A DNA stretch of 64,000 nt from the NCBI RefSeq assembly GCF_006345805.1, contig NC_043007.1, positions 25,792,001-25,856,000 on the forward strand, given 5' to 3'. Source of the stretch: Octopus sinensis (taxonomy: Eukaryota). Both the position numbers and the translations under genes were made by a program. How positions within the stretch are numbered: position 1 is the stretch's first letter; each line of letters begins with the position of its first letter. Below the pieces are notes generated by a model, which worked only from the letters and a program-made list of their open reading frames with translations, did no database searches and was not told where the DNA came from. Positions 63,840 through 64,000 of the stretch are shown piece after piece.

Positions 63840-64000
63840 TTGGGTCATACCTTAAATAATGCGGTTTTTTCAATTGCATGAACTAAAAGCCAGAGGGGAC
63901 AGGATAAACTACCTGCATGAACTTGCTATAAAAGCAAGTCGTAATTTTACCTTGTCCTTATTCTTAGTGCAAGTTTTGGAGAGTGCAGTCTGATTTTAAC
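63840..64000 (+). mobile_element. 5' end of another copy of the 26926-28212 mariner family
   Basis: Clearly homologous to the reverse complement of 28060-28212; runs off the window. Confidence 0.9.

Overview
AT-rich, repeat-saturated animal genomic DNA. The SINE families and the 5S-like sequence point to a coleoid cephalopod (Octopus-like); this rests on recall of those repeats, not on a database search. Most of the window looks intronic or intergenic. It holds several families of short retroposons (my working names A, B, C/F, D, K), Penelope-like (PLE) fragments with hammerhead-ribozyme motifs, non-autonomous Helitrons, decayed mariner, Buster-type hAT and piggyBac transposons, MITEs, RTE and CR1/L2 LINE pieces, many microsatellites and a 100-N gap (37093-37192). 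Host-gene evidence is sparse: a plus-strand phase 1-1 exon resembling a chitin-binding module (45018-45158), an unidentified minus-strand 225-nt exon candidate (58354-58578), a CpG-rich first-exon-like stretch (about 37539-38260, minus) and a symmetric NRF1-ETS-ETS-NRF1 motif cluster (46233-46295). The most notable observations are: (1) at least eight complete or slightly decayed hammerhead motifs from four repeat families, one of them fused to a tRNA-type Pol III head; (2) a near-complete 5S rRNA copy joined to a retroposon 3' tail; (3) a SINE that appears to insert into its own GGTATTT motif and form head-plus-multiple-body arrays; (4) head/tail swapping among SINEs; (5) many long foldback hairpins. 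Most ORFs in the supplied track are microsatellite or SINE artefacts. Coordinates were counted by hand, and repeat boundaries are approximate.
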